Assembly (NCBI GenBank): GCA_012295275.1
Contig: CM022676.1
Span: forward strand, 434,001 to 498,000
Length of the DNA stretch: 64,000 bases
Source of the DNA: Chrysomallon squamiferum
Taxonomy: Eukaryota > Animalia > Mollusca
Direction of reading: 5' to 3'
Below the pieces are notes generated by a model. That model saw only the letters and a program-made list of their open reading frames with translations, made no database searches and was not told where the DNA came from. Position numbers and translations under genes: made by a program. Below, piece after piece: positions 43,747 through 63,344 of this stretch; the stretch's first letter is position 1; every line of letters begins with the position of its first letter.

Positions 43747-45012
43747 TTATTTATGAAATTACAAATTAAACTCACACTGTACGTTTAACTTGATATAACT
43801 CTTTTCTGATTTGTTGCCACTAAACTGACTGACAGCTGTACACGTATAAAGACCTCCGTGAGATCGGCTGATATTAGAGCTAATATTTCACTTGTCGATA
43901 TAATGCCAGTATTATACGTCCACCTAATCCGACATGCAGGTCTGCAGTCAGTTTTACAAGAGATGTAAAGATCATCCTGCTCAATAACTGTTACAACAGA
44001 ACTCGTGCTGAACTTAACCCAGTCTGGGCCATCTGAAACAGCAGAAAGATAAACGTTTCTATAGCAGAAGAACCACAAGAAAAAAGATTAAACAAAAAGT
44101 TTAATCGCTCTAATGCTGGTTTACAATTGCTACGGCTACTATTATATCACTCTTGGTATTTCTTCTAGATTTTATTTCAACAGTCATAACAAAAGCAACT
44201 ACTACTAATGATGGTGCTATCATTACTATAATTCCAACCTACACGGTATTATAATTAAGTGCAGTACAGCAGTTGTTTTCGGAACCTATGTTATTATTAT
44301 TATTACAATTATTTAATACAATAACAACAATTGCAGATCTATGAATATCATTCAACGTGATTTATAAAGAAATGTAATACGTGACTCAGAAAAAAAATGA
44401 TTTACTCATAAAGTATTATGATACCTTACTCACAGTATACTATTATCTGGTCATAAGGAAAATGTTACGTTACTCACAAAAAGTTATTACTCATAAAGGT
44501 AATACATTATTCACACAAAACTATTATTTACTCATGAAGATACATGGTGCGCTACTCACATTAAACTATTATTTACTTATAAACACACATGATACGTTAC
44601 TCACAGTAAACTTTTATTGAGAAATCTCTGCTCTGTGATGTATTTAAACCAGTATTTCTCACATAAACAGTGTCTGTTTTATTCCTGTTCAGGTTTGACA
44701 ATTATAATTCGGAGCTTGAACTGATCTCCGTGTTTCCACTGGTCCAGGAATACAAACATGGCGGATCGCAGTCAGCACTGCAGATTGCATTCATACTCTG
44801 TCCTTCTATAATTGGTTTTGGCAAAGATGGAATGAATTTGATAGGATCTGGACCGTCTGGTAAACAGAATTAAAATGTAAATTGCTCAGAAATGTCCGTC
44901 ATCATCATCGTAACCATTATGGCCATTGTAATATGTTTTTATTATTCTTATAAATTATAATTACTATTATAACTAACACCATCAGCATCACCATTATTCG
45001 TATGATTATCAC

Positions 45013-45061
<49 letters not shown>

Positions 45062-45900
45062 TTTTTATTTCATTTTATTTTATTTTATTTATTTTTTGGA
45101 AAAGTAATGTATATTTAGCTTCAAGACAAACGTTTGATTCATTTTGCAATATTAATAAATACTAGCAAAAATAAATGTATGTGAATTAGTGTGAAATTGA
45201 ATTTGAACTTTTCAAATGTTTTTTTTTTTTAATAAAATAGCTCAAACCAACGCTTACATAACACTGAAACTGTTTGCTATCGGAGACTGAAACGGCTGAA
45301 TTGTCAGCTTGACACGTGTATACGTTTTCGTTCTCGTTTCGACTGATGTTTCTCACTGTGAGAAGAGAGTGAGATGTCAGGTGACGATTCCCGACTCTCC
45401 ACTTGTAACTCTCCACTTATTTAACAGCAAGATATACTGGCATTTCATTCTGATGATATTTTCACATAACAAACAATTACACGCCGACATGATGTCAGCG
45501 CAACCATATGTAATTTTATATTTATATAGGCATACATGCTATAAACTTAAGTATGTACGTACCATATCCAATACAAATATAACTATTATACAATTTCAGA
45601 TATAAAATAATATATTACACAGTATAGCCTGTGTCCTGTATGAACAAATATACATTGTCAAATATTACCCTCCCCGCCACACATACACACACAGACACAC
45701 ACACACATACGGACACACATACACACAAATGTTAACATTTAAATATATGCTTACTCCGTGTTAACTATGAATATATATATATACGTATATACACACACAC
45801 AAAAACCCTGACAAATATAAATATGTAATTATACTTACCTCGTGACAAATACAGATGAACATCCTTACAACACATTATTGAAACTAGAAATATCAAACCA
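39830..45900 (-). pseudogene. Degenerate Ig(x5)-FN3-TM receptor gene (nephrin/CEACAM-like architecture)
   Basis: Leader-like exon ending 45839. Half Ig 45415-45258 (wrong end phase). Ig 44856-44663 (TAA at 44704-44702, truncated before the second Cys). Ig 44032-43776 (257 nt, frameshift near 43860 before GGLYTC). Ig 43033-42755 intact. Ig 42225-41917 (TAA at 42016-42014). FN3 41327-41031 intact. Probable TM remnant ~40550-40420 (ILGILLV*) and tail remnant ~39885-39830 (EYMTL). Confidence 0.8.
41031..41327 (-). CDS. Intact fibronectin type III exon (missed by the ORF track)
   Basis: LPTVPSNVKAYRNGPTSFCVSWTEEFNGGHGQWFLVQY...LSELETNRRYLVRVVACNTLG; 297 nt, phase 1-1, cag|...|gtaaaa. Confidence 0.85.
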
Positions 45901-46364
45901 ATATAGACTGATTGTTGTAGTGGATGAAGGTGCCACAGCGCTGAATGTGTTTCAGGCCTTTTTTTGTGTGTGTGTGTGTGTGTGTGTGACGTAAATCCTG
46001 TTGTACATTTGTGTGTGTGTATATATAATGCAAGTAAAAGTCTAATGTTATGAAGTACTATGAGTCTCCATCTCGCTGATTTGTAAATATTTATCTCTGC
46101 ATACATTCCACTGAAATATCGTTTTAGTGTGATGTTTGTGTAGAAGTCTGTTTGAATCTGGTTGTCGTTTGTGTATGTTCGCCTTTCTGTGACCCTGTAT
46201 CGATTATATATATATATGTATGTAATTATAAACGTATACTTATTTATTTGTTTATTAATTAATTAATTAATTAATTAATGCAATCACTGTTTGTACTGGC
46301 AAGATATGACGAATATATATATTTCTAAATTTTCGTATATTTTGTAGGTTTTAAGTTTCTTTCA

Positions 46365-46830
46365 TCATTGTGTTGCCATAGTGGTCCGTTGTTTTGTGAA
46401 AGATTCAGCATGTTGTTTCCATATTTTGTCTCTCTTGTGTTACGCTCTGCCAGATGGTTCCGCTCCAGCGCATCACTCCATCCCAGTCTTTCTGTTCACG
46501 ATTCGTATGGTTTTCTGGAGGTGATAGGTGATGTTCGTTCGTTGTAAAATGTTATGCTGATGTGTGCTGCCAAAATCCAGGTCTGACTTCTGTCAATGTC
46601 AGGTAAATTCATTACCTTTGTTGGGTTTTTTTGCTGATGTTTCTTATTATGTCTTATATTTTTGTTCCTCTTCTTTCAGTCTTTGTATGTGTGATCTTTG
46701 TTATTGAACTGTATAACACAATGGAAATTCATCTCTGGCTAATCTAACATTTTATAATATTTTTAGTCCTGCTTCCAGGATATCATATCAAGTTTCTCAT
46801 TCGTGTTGGTGCTCATTGAGGCACTTAGTT
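46365..46830 (-). mobile_element. Degenerate RTE-like LINE 3' fragment
   Basis: Broken frames give ...AAH...GTIWQS...WKQHAESFTKQRTTMATQ**, resembling RTE-clade ORF C-termini. By-eye assignment. Confidence 0.45.
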
Positions 46831-47509
46831 CAATGTCGTATAGCTCTTTGATATACGAGTGACAGTATTATGTTTGTGTCTAGGTATAATTTTCTTAAAT
46901 AAAACTGTATTATTTTACTCACTTCCAATATCAAACACGTTAATACTATTTCAATTTTTTTCTTAAACTTAACTATATAAGGCAAAATAGAACAGACGTT
47001 GAAAAATTGTATGGGAATAAAAATAAACTTATTTAAAGAGTAGATGGAGAGTTTCAAGAAAAGATTTTCTCGTATATAAAAATTGAAAAACGTCATCATT
47101 TGGTGAAGATTTATGATTACAATATAAATCTGAAACAAAATGTTCTATAATTGATAAAATGCGGCTGAGTCTAGTATTCCGCTATATAATTTACTAAGAT
47201 TTCTGAATATATATATATATAAATACACATACATATACACACACATATATAAAAAAAAAAACAACAACACAGCAGCAACAACAAAAATAACTTTATAACA
47301 CTTTAATAGTTTGGAGATGCTAACATTTTCAACTTCCTGCAAATATTTTGCTTAAAATATATTTCAGATGTTTAGAAACAAAGATTTAAAAAGTGTGAAA
47401 GTGAAGAAGGTTTTCCAAGATCACAGAACAGTACTGTATTCAATTCTAGAGTGTTTTCTAATTAATAAAATACTTTGAATTCCTATGATATATTGTTATG
47501 AATTTTATA

Positions 47510-47795
47510 TTTCTATATGTCGGTTGACAGAAAAACTATGACTTAGTAATTCAGATCAATTTCAAACTACAGTCATTGTCACAAAAGGATAAAATGACAT
47601 TAGCAACACAAGGACGTCTCTGTGTCTCTGTGTTGTCATGTGAGATGGAAGGAGATATGGTACCAAGTCTATTATTATTATCGTTAATGATTACGTGGCA
47701 ATATAAAATGGATAACAGGGTGGAACTGATTTGAAAGCACTGGAGGACGACGATGCCACGTTTTGTGTAATAATTTCAATATGTTCTGCTATCTG

Positions 47796-47859
<64 letters not shown>

Positions 47860-47902
47860 TAAGTAAAATTTGCAATAAAACAATAATTAACTGTATTATA
47901 AA

Positions 47903-47999
<97 letters not shown>

Positions 48000-48060
48000 A
48001 TATAGATATATATATATGCAGGTCATTAAGCCACACAAGCATCATGATAATCATTAAAAA
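47510..48060. repeat. Duplicated block A (copy at ~59230-59665)
   Basis: Long near-identical stretch tagcaacacaaggacgtctc...gatgccacgttttgtgtaataattt at both sites. Confidence 0.9.
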
Positions 48061-48783
48061 AAGAAGAAAACCTGTGTGCCAGATGGCTTCAAAAAGAGGA
48101 ACATTCTCTCCAACTGGCTTGAACGGGAGGAATTCGTACCGGTATGCAAGAAACATAGCTTGACGCGCGATGTTGTAAGAGCAATAATAAATCACCTGAT
48201 TATCTGAAGATCATGTTATTATCGGTGAAATACAGTTTGTTGTGTGCATGTAGGTATTTACGTAGGTATATGTGTATGTGTGTATGTGTGCTTGTTGTAC
48301 AGGGAATATGTATAATACCTGAAAGTTCATGAAAGTATGTGTAATGTTTCATTCACCCAAGAAACTAGCAATGCAATGGCAACAAGAAGTTCATCAACAG
48401 GTTCCAATCAGTGGCGAATTTGTGGAACCAGAGCGAGCAGCAGAAGACTTTATTCTGGAATATTTCGCAAACTAAACACATTTAAGTCCAACAGTAAACA
48501 GAATTTTGTCTTCAAAGTCCAAATTTTCTCTTTCTACGAACCTTCGCTCTGAATTGCCTTGGTTTCCCACGGATCAACACCAACTTTCATTTCAAACATT
48601 ACATATATTTTCAGAAATAATCAGTAGTTATGCATATTTCCTGTAAAACACGCACACAAATATATATGTATAATAACCATTGTACATTGCCTTTAATTTG
48701 TTATCTTGGAATTAACTGTTAGTATATACTAGAACGGAACACTGATATTTCCACAGCATAATTAAAAATACTTGTTACTCTGA

Positions 48784-54061
<5,278 letters not shown>

Positions 54062-55367
54062 TTTCCTGAATTTCACCAATTTTCCTAAAGCAAGAAATAA
54101 ATAAAAATAGAACATAGAAAAAACAAATGGAAAATATTAAATCATAATTATTTTATAATCATGTTGATGTTGATGATGATGATGATGATGATGATGATAA
54201 TAATAATAATAATAATCACAATATATTCATTTTGATTACTCCTCAACGGCTTACATTAACATAGGTTTTTTTTTATTCAGTAAGTATTTTGTTTTTGCCA
54301 CGATGTTTGGTAAAGACCTATAATAAGGATACACAGATGAAGTCATACGATTAAATAAGATTGATGTATTAAATAACTACTTACATATGTGAATTATTTT
54401 TCCGTCTGAGAAAATGAACCTCTTATCACTTAATTTATCTTCCTTCGTAAATTCCACCAGTTGTATACCGTAACAAAGTAACAGTAACGACACCAAAGGA
54501 ATAGAGATATTTCTGTAGGCTTTTTATTTCTACAAAAATATTTCTATATTTAATTCTTTTTCAGTACAGTAATGTCTGTTCGAAATGGAAAACAAAAATG
54601 ATATTAAATTAAAGTAAAATACAGTAATGAGATTATAATGAAATCAAATAAATTAAATTCAGTAAAAAAATTAAAATAATAAACAAATAAATAAATAATT
54701 ATAACGAACTATATGAAGAAATAAAGTATTTGTAAATAATCAATAAAAAGCTCTAAAGTCTCATCTCTAATTAATATATACACATATGCATAGTTCAGTT
54801 GTAAATCTACTTATCACAACGAACACTGCATAATTTAATGCTAAATCTCCTTGTAACGTGAAGTACCGCACAGTTTAGGTTTAAACAGAATATTGCAAGT
54901 TCTGTGTTAAACATGAATCACTTGTTAACTTGCAATGTTCTGTTTAAAAATAAATATGTAGTATCTGATGCTGTAAGTAGATTTAACATTAAATTATGCA
55001 ATGTTCTGTGTATAACATTGTGTAAATTGATATCATCATTTGCTGAACTTGTCATAATATCTTCTTCTTTCACATATATAGCTAATCAGAACTGATATTA
55101 TCATGTACTGAACTTGTGTATTTAAAATTAAAATACCTGCTTTATTCAAATGTGCTACTGTGTCGTCATTTACTAAATTTCTAGTGTATTATCATTCCAC
55201 AAAACAACAATAACAAAGAAAAAAAAAAAAGAAGAAGAAGAAGAAGAAAAATCACTTAATTAAATGTTTTAAACGTATACATTATTAATCAGTCAATTTC
55301 AGTCAATTCGTTCTGGTTCATACTGTGTAAATCGTGATTCACAATTTTAATCAGATTACTTTATAGA

Positions 55368-55625
55368 TATATATGTGTGTGTGTTTATATATGTGTGTGT
55401 GTTTATATGTGTGTGTGTGTTTATATATGTGTGTGTGTTTATATATGTGTGTGTGTGTATATATGTGTGTGTATATATGTGTGTGTGTGTGTATATATGT
55501 GTGTGTGTGTTTATATATGTGTGTGTGTATATATATGTGTGTGTGTTTATATATGTGTGTGTGTATATATATGTGTGTGTGTATATATATGTGTGTGTGT
55601 TTATATATGTGTGTGTGTATATATA
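55368..55625. repeat. ~18-bp GT/AT minisatellite
   Basis: (tttatatatgtgtgtgtg)-type tandem array. Confidence 0.9.
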
Positions 55626-55870
55626 TAACAAATCTCACGTAAAAAATCCCCATAAACTCTATAATTAGTAACATTTGCAGTTTTTTATTATTTCTCAGAA
55701 ATGATCAAACAAATCAAAATACACATAGTGCTTTATTATACGAGTAGTTACACATAACTCCAATTCTATTAAGTCACATAAAAAAGAGACATTCATATAA
55801 GCACCGGAAATCAGGATACAAATATCAAATAATTAAATAAAGTGTTTAATAGCAGACAGATAAAAAACTG
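55621..55870. repeat. Duplicated block C (copy at ~60300-60560)
   Basis: Shared ttattatttctcagaaa.gatcaaacaaatcaaaata, gtgctttattatacgagtagt and tagcagacagataaaaaa. Confidence 0.85.
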
Positions 55871-55994
55871 TTTGAACAAATAAATAAGACAGATAAAAAC
55901 TTTCCATTGATTTGAATATATATATAATATATATATATAAAATATATATATATATATATATTTTTTCATGATATATAATATATATATATATTTC

Positions 55995-56030
<36 letters not shown>

Positions 56031-56784
56031 AAACAGGAATTTTTAAATTTCAAATATTTAATTTTTTTATTGAGTGAATAGTCTAGCACAATGACTGATT
56101 TTTGGAACTTTAAGTTTATTCAGTGTGTATGAACAATGTAGATGTGTTAAAAGAAATGAGATATAATGAAATAATCTTTATCGGAAACAATCCAGTTCAT
56201 AATGGGCCCTAAAATTCGAGATTTGTAAAATATGGTAATTGTTAAATATTAAAAGAGTCGTAATTATGGAACTATTTAATTAACGACTTTGAATTCTGTT
56301 GAGAAAATAATCAGGATAACAAGATCTACCGTAATAAACAGCAGTCAATCGTTTTCCAATTATAATTTGGAAACACTCATTACTGAATCCATAATTTGCA
56401 CCTACTAAATGGTACAGGACATTTATTTTAAAAAGACTGATGACACTGAAGAAATTTATATTTAAAAACAACAAGATCAGCGGAACCTATCTAAAAAGAT
56501 ATTTATTTCATTGTTGATTTAAAATATTTTCTTTTCTTATAGAAATCGATCCGGCCGGAAGTGGAACATGATTCCCGATTACCTAACTCTGGTTTTCATT
56601 TCCTATTAAAAGTCCTAGAACTAAAACCTGCCAATGCCTGGTTTCCCACAAAACGTAGATGCACGCAAAAGTGACGAAAGACAAAGCAGGGTGCACTTGG
56701 TGGGAAGCGATGATCAACCTCGGTTTTTGAGCAACTTTTCTTAAGCTTGTCTCGATGGTGGAAAGTAACGTCGTCCGCCTTAAA

Positions 56785-58410
56785 TATAGACTGTTAAACG
56801 TAGATTATAAAAGTATTTCTGTAGTTCTTGCTAATCGTCTTAAACAGGTTACGTCAACTATTATTTCATCAGAACAAATCTGTTGGGTAAAATGAAGAGA
56901 TGTTACTGATAATATTATGTCAGTAAGACATGTCATAAATATTGTTGAGTTAAATAATACTGAAGGGTTTATTGTTAAGATTGTTGAAGAAAAAGCTTTT
57001 GATTGAATGTCACATATATTTATTTTAAAAGTTCTGAAAGAATTAAATATTTGTGATAAATTTATAATGTGGATTAAAATGCTCTGTAATGATATAAAAA
57101 GTTGTTCAAAATTAAAGGACATTCAACACATTTCCTCCATGGTACAAAAGGTGTTAATCAAGGATGTCCAATATCAATGATGCTTTATGTTATTGCAGCT
57201 GAACCCTTGAATAATTTAATTAAAAAAGACAGAGCATGAATGGAATTAGAATAACAAATGAATTTAATTCTTTATTACTTCAGCATGCAGATGACACTAA
57301 TGTAACTGTCTGCGATGCTGAGTCTGTAGAATCTGTTTTTAATACAATATATATGTATTGTCGTGTTCAGGGGCAAAAGTCAATGTAGAAAAGTCAGAAG
57401 CACTTTGTCTTCGTAAGACTGTTAAATAAAACTTATCTTTTAACTTTGAGATATCGATAAGTAAAGATTCTGATAAAATTATAGGTATATATTTAGGACC
57501 AAATAAGTCCTTATGTTAAAGTATGAACTGAAAAAATAAATTAGATAAAATTTGTAGTTTAATTAATGTATGGAGTCAAAGGAAACTCATTTTACACGGA
57601 AAAGCAGAAGTATGGAATATTTTGTTCTATCTAGACTTTGGTATACGATTAGCACAATAAATATACCAAACTGGGTAGAAAATGAAATCCACAAGTTATT
57701 TTTTATAAATTTATGTGGGAAGGAAAAACATCTGTAATAAAATATTCAACAACAATCGTGTGAGCTAAATGTTACAGATATTTCATCAAAGGAAATGGCT
57801 TTTCGTATTAAAATATAAGAGAAATATTTTGATAATGATTTTAAAAATGTTCGGAACTATACAATATCCGTATTTCTTGGAAATTATGTGAATATGAATT
57901 TAAATTATGACATTTTTTAGATAGTTTACAGTAAAGATGCTTTGAAGGTTATCAACCCTTTTTATGCTGAAATGTTATCATGTTAATAATGGGGAACGTA
58001 CTTTCTAACTTGATACAGACGAAATATTGTCTCATCCAGTTTTTCAGAATACATTCATTAAATATAACAAAATAATTATTACCATTTAGTGTTTCTTTCA
58101 AAGTGGCTGATATTGCATATGAAGTAATATCAGGTTTTCTCCCTTTTACAGCTATTGTCGAAATTATTCATGAAAAATCTCCAGAATTATCCCCCAAACA
58201 AATTTATATTGCTTACAATGTTATTGTGAAACCACTTCAAGATGAATGTAAAAGTTGTATTAAAAGAAAAGATTAACACCTAATAACGATTTATTTCTCT
58301 TTCATAATAATGAAATGATAAATGCACGTACATTTACAGTTAAATTAATTTATTCTATTTTAATTTTTTTTTTTAAATGTTATATTATCTACATGTGAAG
58401 AAAAATGGTT
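56785..58410 (+). mobile_element. Degenerate non-LTR retrotransposon ORF2 (reverse transcriptase), Tx1/L1-like
   Basis: Frameshifted and stop-containing frames give LLNVDYK..LANRLK, EKAFD, GVNQGCPISMMLYVIAAEPL, LLQHADDT, GAKVNVEKS, IGIYLG, WSQRKL..GK, SRLWY and FMWEGK. Confidence 0.88.
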
Positions 58411-58900
58411 TTAATATATTGTCTTCTTGCGCCAGTGTCTTTCCAAATTTTATTTACAACCTGCTTTAGCATAATTCTACATAGAGGACGTATTTTCCTT
58501 TAACAATAACTCATAAAAACTAAAAACTAAATAATAATAATACATAAATAAATAAATAAATAAATAAAAAAAGAAAGTAAAAAAAATATATAAAAAACTG
58601 AAAAACAAAAACAAAACCGAAAACAGCGAAAGAAACCCACCAAAACATTTGTAATTAATGATTTGTACAAAGGTTAAATATCAGGTAACACATCTCAAAA
58701 ATAAATAATATGTGATAAGCTCATGTATTGTTTCACCGACTAAATCCGAGCATGAAGCAAAACTACGCAGCGTCTCTGTCGTCTCTGTCGTCGTCAAACA
58801 CTGAATCCCAGCTGTCGTTAATTTCAGTCTCCACTCTTCCCTGTGTTGGGTTTCCGTGTCCGTTCACCAATCGTACCGGCACTTAATATTACTTTAAACA

Positions 58901-59094
<194 letters not shown>

Positions 59095-59229
59095 TCTGTG
59101 ACTGTTTGTCGACATGTTTATGGACGTATGAATGTATGCGTGTGGTCGTTGTTATCTAGGAATTAATGGTTTAAGTGACTATGACGGAGTTATGCACATT
59201 AGGAATTTTTAAATATATTGCAGTATATT

Positions 59230-60222
59230 TCGATATGCCGTTTGACAGAAAAACTATGTCTTAGTAATTTAGATCAATTTGACAATACACACATGTCAAG
59301 TGTCGCTGAATACAATATGCGGCGACCATTACGGAATTATGTTAATTACATACTTTTCGCTTGCACAGACGATAACCGCAGTGATTGTCACAAAAGGATA
59401 ACATGACATTAGCAACACAAGGACGTCTCTGTGTCTCCGTGTTGTCATGTGAGATGGAAGGAGATATGGTACCAAGTCTATTATTATTATCGTTAATGAT
59501 TACGTGGCAATATAAAATGGATAATAGGGTGGAACTGATTTGAAAGCACTGGAGGACGACGATGCCACGTTTTGTGTAATAATTTAAATATGATTCACTA
59601 TCTGATTCACTCTATCTATGTATACAGGTTATTAAGCCACGCAAACATATGATAATCATTTAAAACCATCATCTGGCAAAAATAAACATTTTCTCTTGTA
59701 GTGCAGGTCACCTAACTGCACAAAATTACCTGTTATGATTATTTAGTTTGAAAACAAGTGACGGACACTATGTGACGGATGTAATATTGTGACCGTGACA
59801 CAACAATTAAGCTCTGAGTCGGAAACAAAAGAACATCTAGTCCACATCTCTGATGATAAAGACAGATTTATACAGATTTCAAAGAGTAGTCACTTACTGA
59901 TATACATTTTAAGATGCCTTGGCTAGTGCTAAGAGAATAATGAAAAAATGATCAAATACCTTAGGATTTCTTTTCAAATAAACGATTTAGATTTGTTTCT
60001 GGACGCGGTGCTCGCTGTTTCTGGCTGCAATGATTCAGAAAATAGTTTAAACTTTGATACTGGTTAAAACGACGCTACTGAATTTATAAACTGGGTAAAG
60101 GAGTCAAAGTCAGTTTGCTACGGTTCTTGTTAGTGGGTTCCTACTGCTGTTTGTGGTTTGTTCTAAGCATTGAAATAAAAGGTATATATATATATATATA
60201 TATGATTTATTATTTTTTTTCT

Positions 60223-60257
<35 letters not shown>

Positions 60258-60560
60258 TACTGTGCATCACAATTTACACATTAGGAACTAAAACTAATAT
60301 ATATAACAAATAAATACAAATTCCCCATGAACTATAATTAGAAAATTTATTGAAAGTAACATTTACAGTTCTTTATTATTTCTCAGAAAGGATCAAACAA
60401 ATCAAAATATACCTAGTGCTTTATTATACGAGTAGTAACACATAACTCTAATACTAATATGTCATATAAAATACAGACATTAATATAAGCACGAGAAATC
60501 AGGATATACACATCAAAGAATTAATGAGTAAGCTGTTTAATAGCAGACAGATAAAAAAAA
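59230..60560. repeat. Collinear mosaic of blocks A+B+C (exon-less copy of the 47.5-55.9 kb locus)
   Basis: Three homology blocks in the same order and orientation as at 47510, 50553 and 55621. Confidence 0.8.
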
Positions 60561-60940
60561 TGCGATTTAGTCATATAGATAATGAAAAACTTTATTACAA
60601 TTTGCCTGATATATTTTGAACTAATACTTATCAGATCTTATTTTATTTTATTTTATTTATTTATTTATTTATATTTTTTTAATTTTATTTATGGTTTTTT
60701 TTATTTGTAATTTTGTTATTTTTGTGTATATTTCTCTTTATTTCATTTTCTCGTATTACTATTTTTTTGTTCTAATTTAGAAATTTATATGTCAGTTATT
60801 TGAAATGCAATATTCTGAATGTCACAACCAAAGAAACATGAAATAGGGGATCTAAAAATTCAAATATCAATACATGATGATGTTCCAGTAGGTATCAGAA
60901 ACAAAAATAACAAAAATAACAAAATCAAATACCTGACCCA

Positions 60941-61001
<61 letters not shown>

Positions 61002-61880
61002 TGAATATACACACACACACATACATACATACACATTTATATATTTATATTTGTTACATATAAACAAATTAAAATATAAATATCTGCCAGACCACAAGTA
61101 TAAACTATTACTCATTGTGGACATCTTTCATTTAATGAAATGGAGCATTCATTCTTGGCTATGTTTAATATAACGAGATGGAGTATAAATATATTACTTA
61201 CTCGAGAATTCTTTCATAAATAGTCCAGAATCTACATAAACACTAGTAATATGCGTATAAATAGCTTCAATAATTAAACAAATAACTCTAAATAACTGAT
61301 AGCTATATTTCTTGCTTCTTTCAAATGAACAATTTTAAATAAAAACATCCTGCTTCTTGTGTCAAAATGCATTTAAATGTGTTCTCATAGTAAATGTTAA
61401 AATAAATGACTTTGTACTTTCCTAATATTGTTTATGCGATTAACACTAGAGCACTGAAGATTTCAGAATGTATCACAAGTGATTTCTTCCTTTACTACAG
61501 CGACTGCTCTGAGGTCAGACAGACTGCTGACTTCAGATAACAAAGAAAACAGTCGAATGGAGACGACTGGATCTCTTCTCTTTTTCAGTTCAAAAATAAT
61601 GGAAAAATGTGTATGACCTTTCGCACATAGTGTAATTACATATGCCTGTATGCTTGTCTGTCTGTACGTACGTACATAAGTTAGTATGTATGTTTTGATT
61701 TTGTTTGGTTTGTTTGTGTGTGTATATATGCATATGTAGCATATATGTGTATGTATATATATATTGGTTTTATATCTATCGAAAACAAGCAAATCATTCA
61801 AAAGGCATACGAATATCTATAATTTCTTCCAGTAAATCGTAAGATTAATTTCTTTCAAAGTCAAGGATGATTAAGTTTAA

Positions 61881-62521
61881 CTAATCAATGATTTTTTCAT
61901 CATTTTTCCCTGCTTCTTCTTCTTGCTTTTGTCCTATTTTGAAATGATGTTCAGTTTTTTTCCTTCCACGTTTTCGAATCAATCGAAATGTTATGCAAGC
62001 TAGAGCTACACATATGACAGCTAGGAGTGAAATCAACCCGGTTAGAATGTATTGTGATTTCGACGCAGAAAGTTTCACGTAATCTGCACCTCTTAAAATG
62101 AAATTACATGTTGATCCCATACTCAGTGATCCGTCCGCACACTTCCAAAGTCCCGCGTCAGCTTCTGGTGTGAAATTCACAATAACCAGTGTGATTAATG
62201 TTGGCAAATCAATGATGACTTGGTAGCCTTGTCTAAAGACTTGACACTTTGAATTGTTAGAATTGCATTGCGCAACTTGCAGTGTTTCATTAGGATGCCA
62301 AAATCCGATGCCGTAAATTATTTGGCCGCTTATCTTACAGATAAGTTTTGTCTTTATTCTACTCATACTTCCACGTAGACAGACAACTTCAGTTCTCGCT
62401 GCTTTTATGTCATCTGTATTCAAAAAGAGCAAAACAAAACAGTAATAAAAATACAAGTATAATAATGATTATAATGTGATGATGACGATGATAAAACATA
62501 ATAATAATAATAATAATAAAA

Positions 62522-62585
<64 letters not shown>

Positions 62586-63278
62586 GTAATAGATAAACAT
62601 ATCAACGAAATAAACAAAAGACAATGATGAAACAATAATAACAACACCAAGAACAGTAATAATATCAATGATAAAAGTATGTTATTATGAATTAAACAAA
62701 ACATAGAAATCAGAGTAAGTGAGCAAGTAATTGTTACAAAGATGATGAAAATCGAGTATTCCAGAGAACTCGAAACATAAACATGTATGGCTTTGATAAG
62801 AGGATTCTCCTGTTAACATTACAGCCTGTTACGTCTAAAGTGAGTCTGTTTCAGTATGAAAATGTACATAATCATTCCTGAAACGTAAGACTTAATGTTG
62901 CGTTAGATTTCAATGAACAAAAAGTAAAGTATTTATTATTTCTTTCACCAATGTACATTCATATATATAATGATTAGTACTAGTCCACGATCTTTAATAT
63001 GCGCTCAGAATTATCCATGATTATTTGATTTAGTTTAAAAGTATACGTAAACTCAAGGATTATCACAAAAACCTTACAAAACTACACATTCAAATATTCA
63101 TTCATACCTGTGTGTGTGCAGAGAGTTCATAAATAAATTGAACAAACAGCAATAATCCACCCGCAACACAAAGATTGCAGAATACTGGACACTACTAATC
63201 GTGTCACTAATTCAGTACAACAACAACAACAACATCTAGAAGAATAATAACAACATGGACAACACCAATAACATCTAC

Positions 63279-63344
<66 letters not shown>

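Noticed and set aside
48319-48640. Exon-like segment on - strand downstream of the GPI-type gene
   Set aside because: Has AG/GT borders but no clean reading frame and contains AATAAA; most likely UTR.
55351-55674. His/Cys-rich repeat ORFs in five frames
   Set aside because: GT/AT minisatellite; open only because the unit lacks stops.
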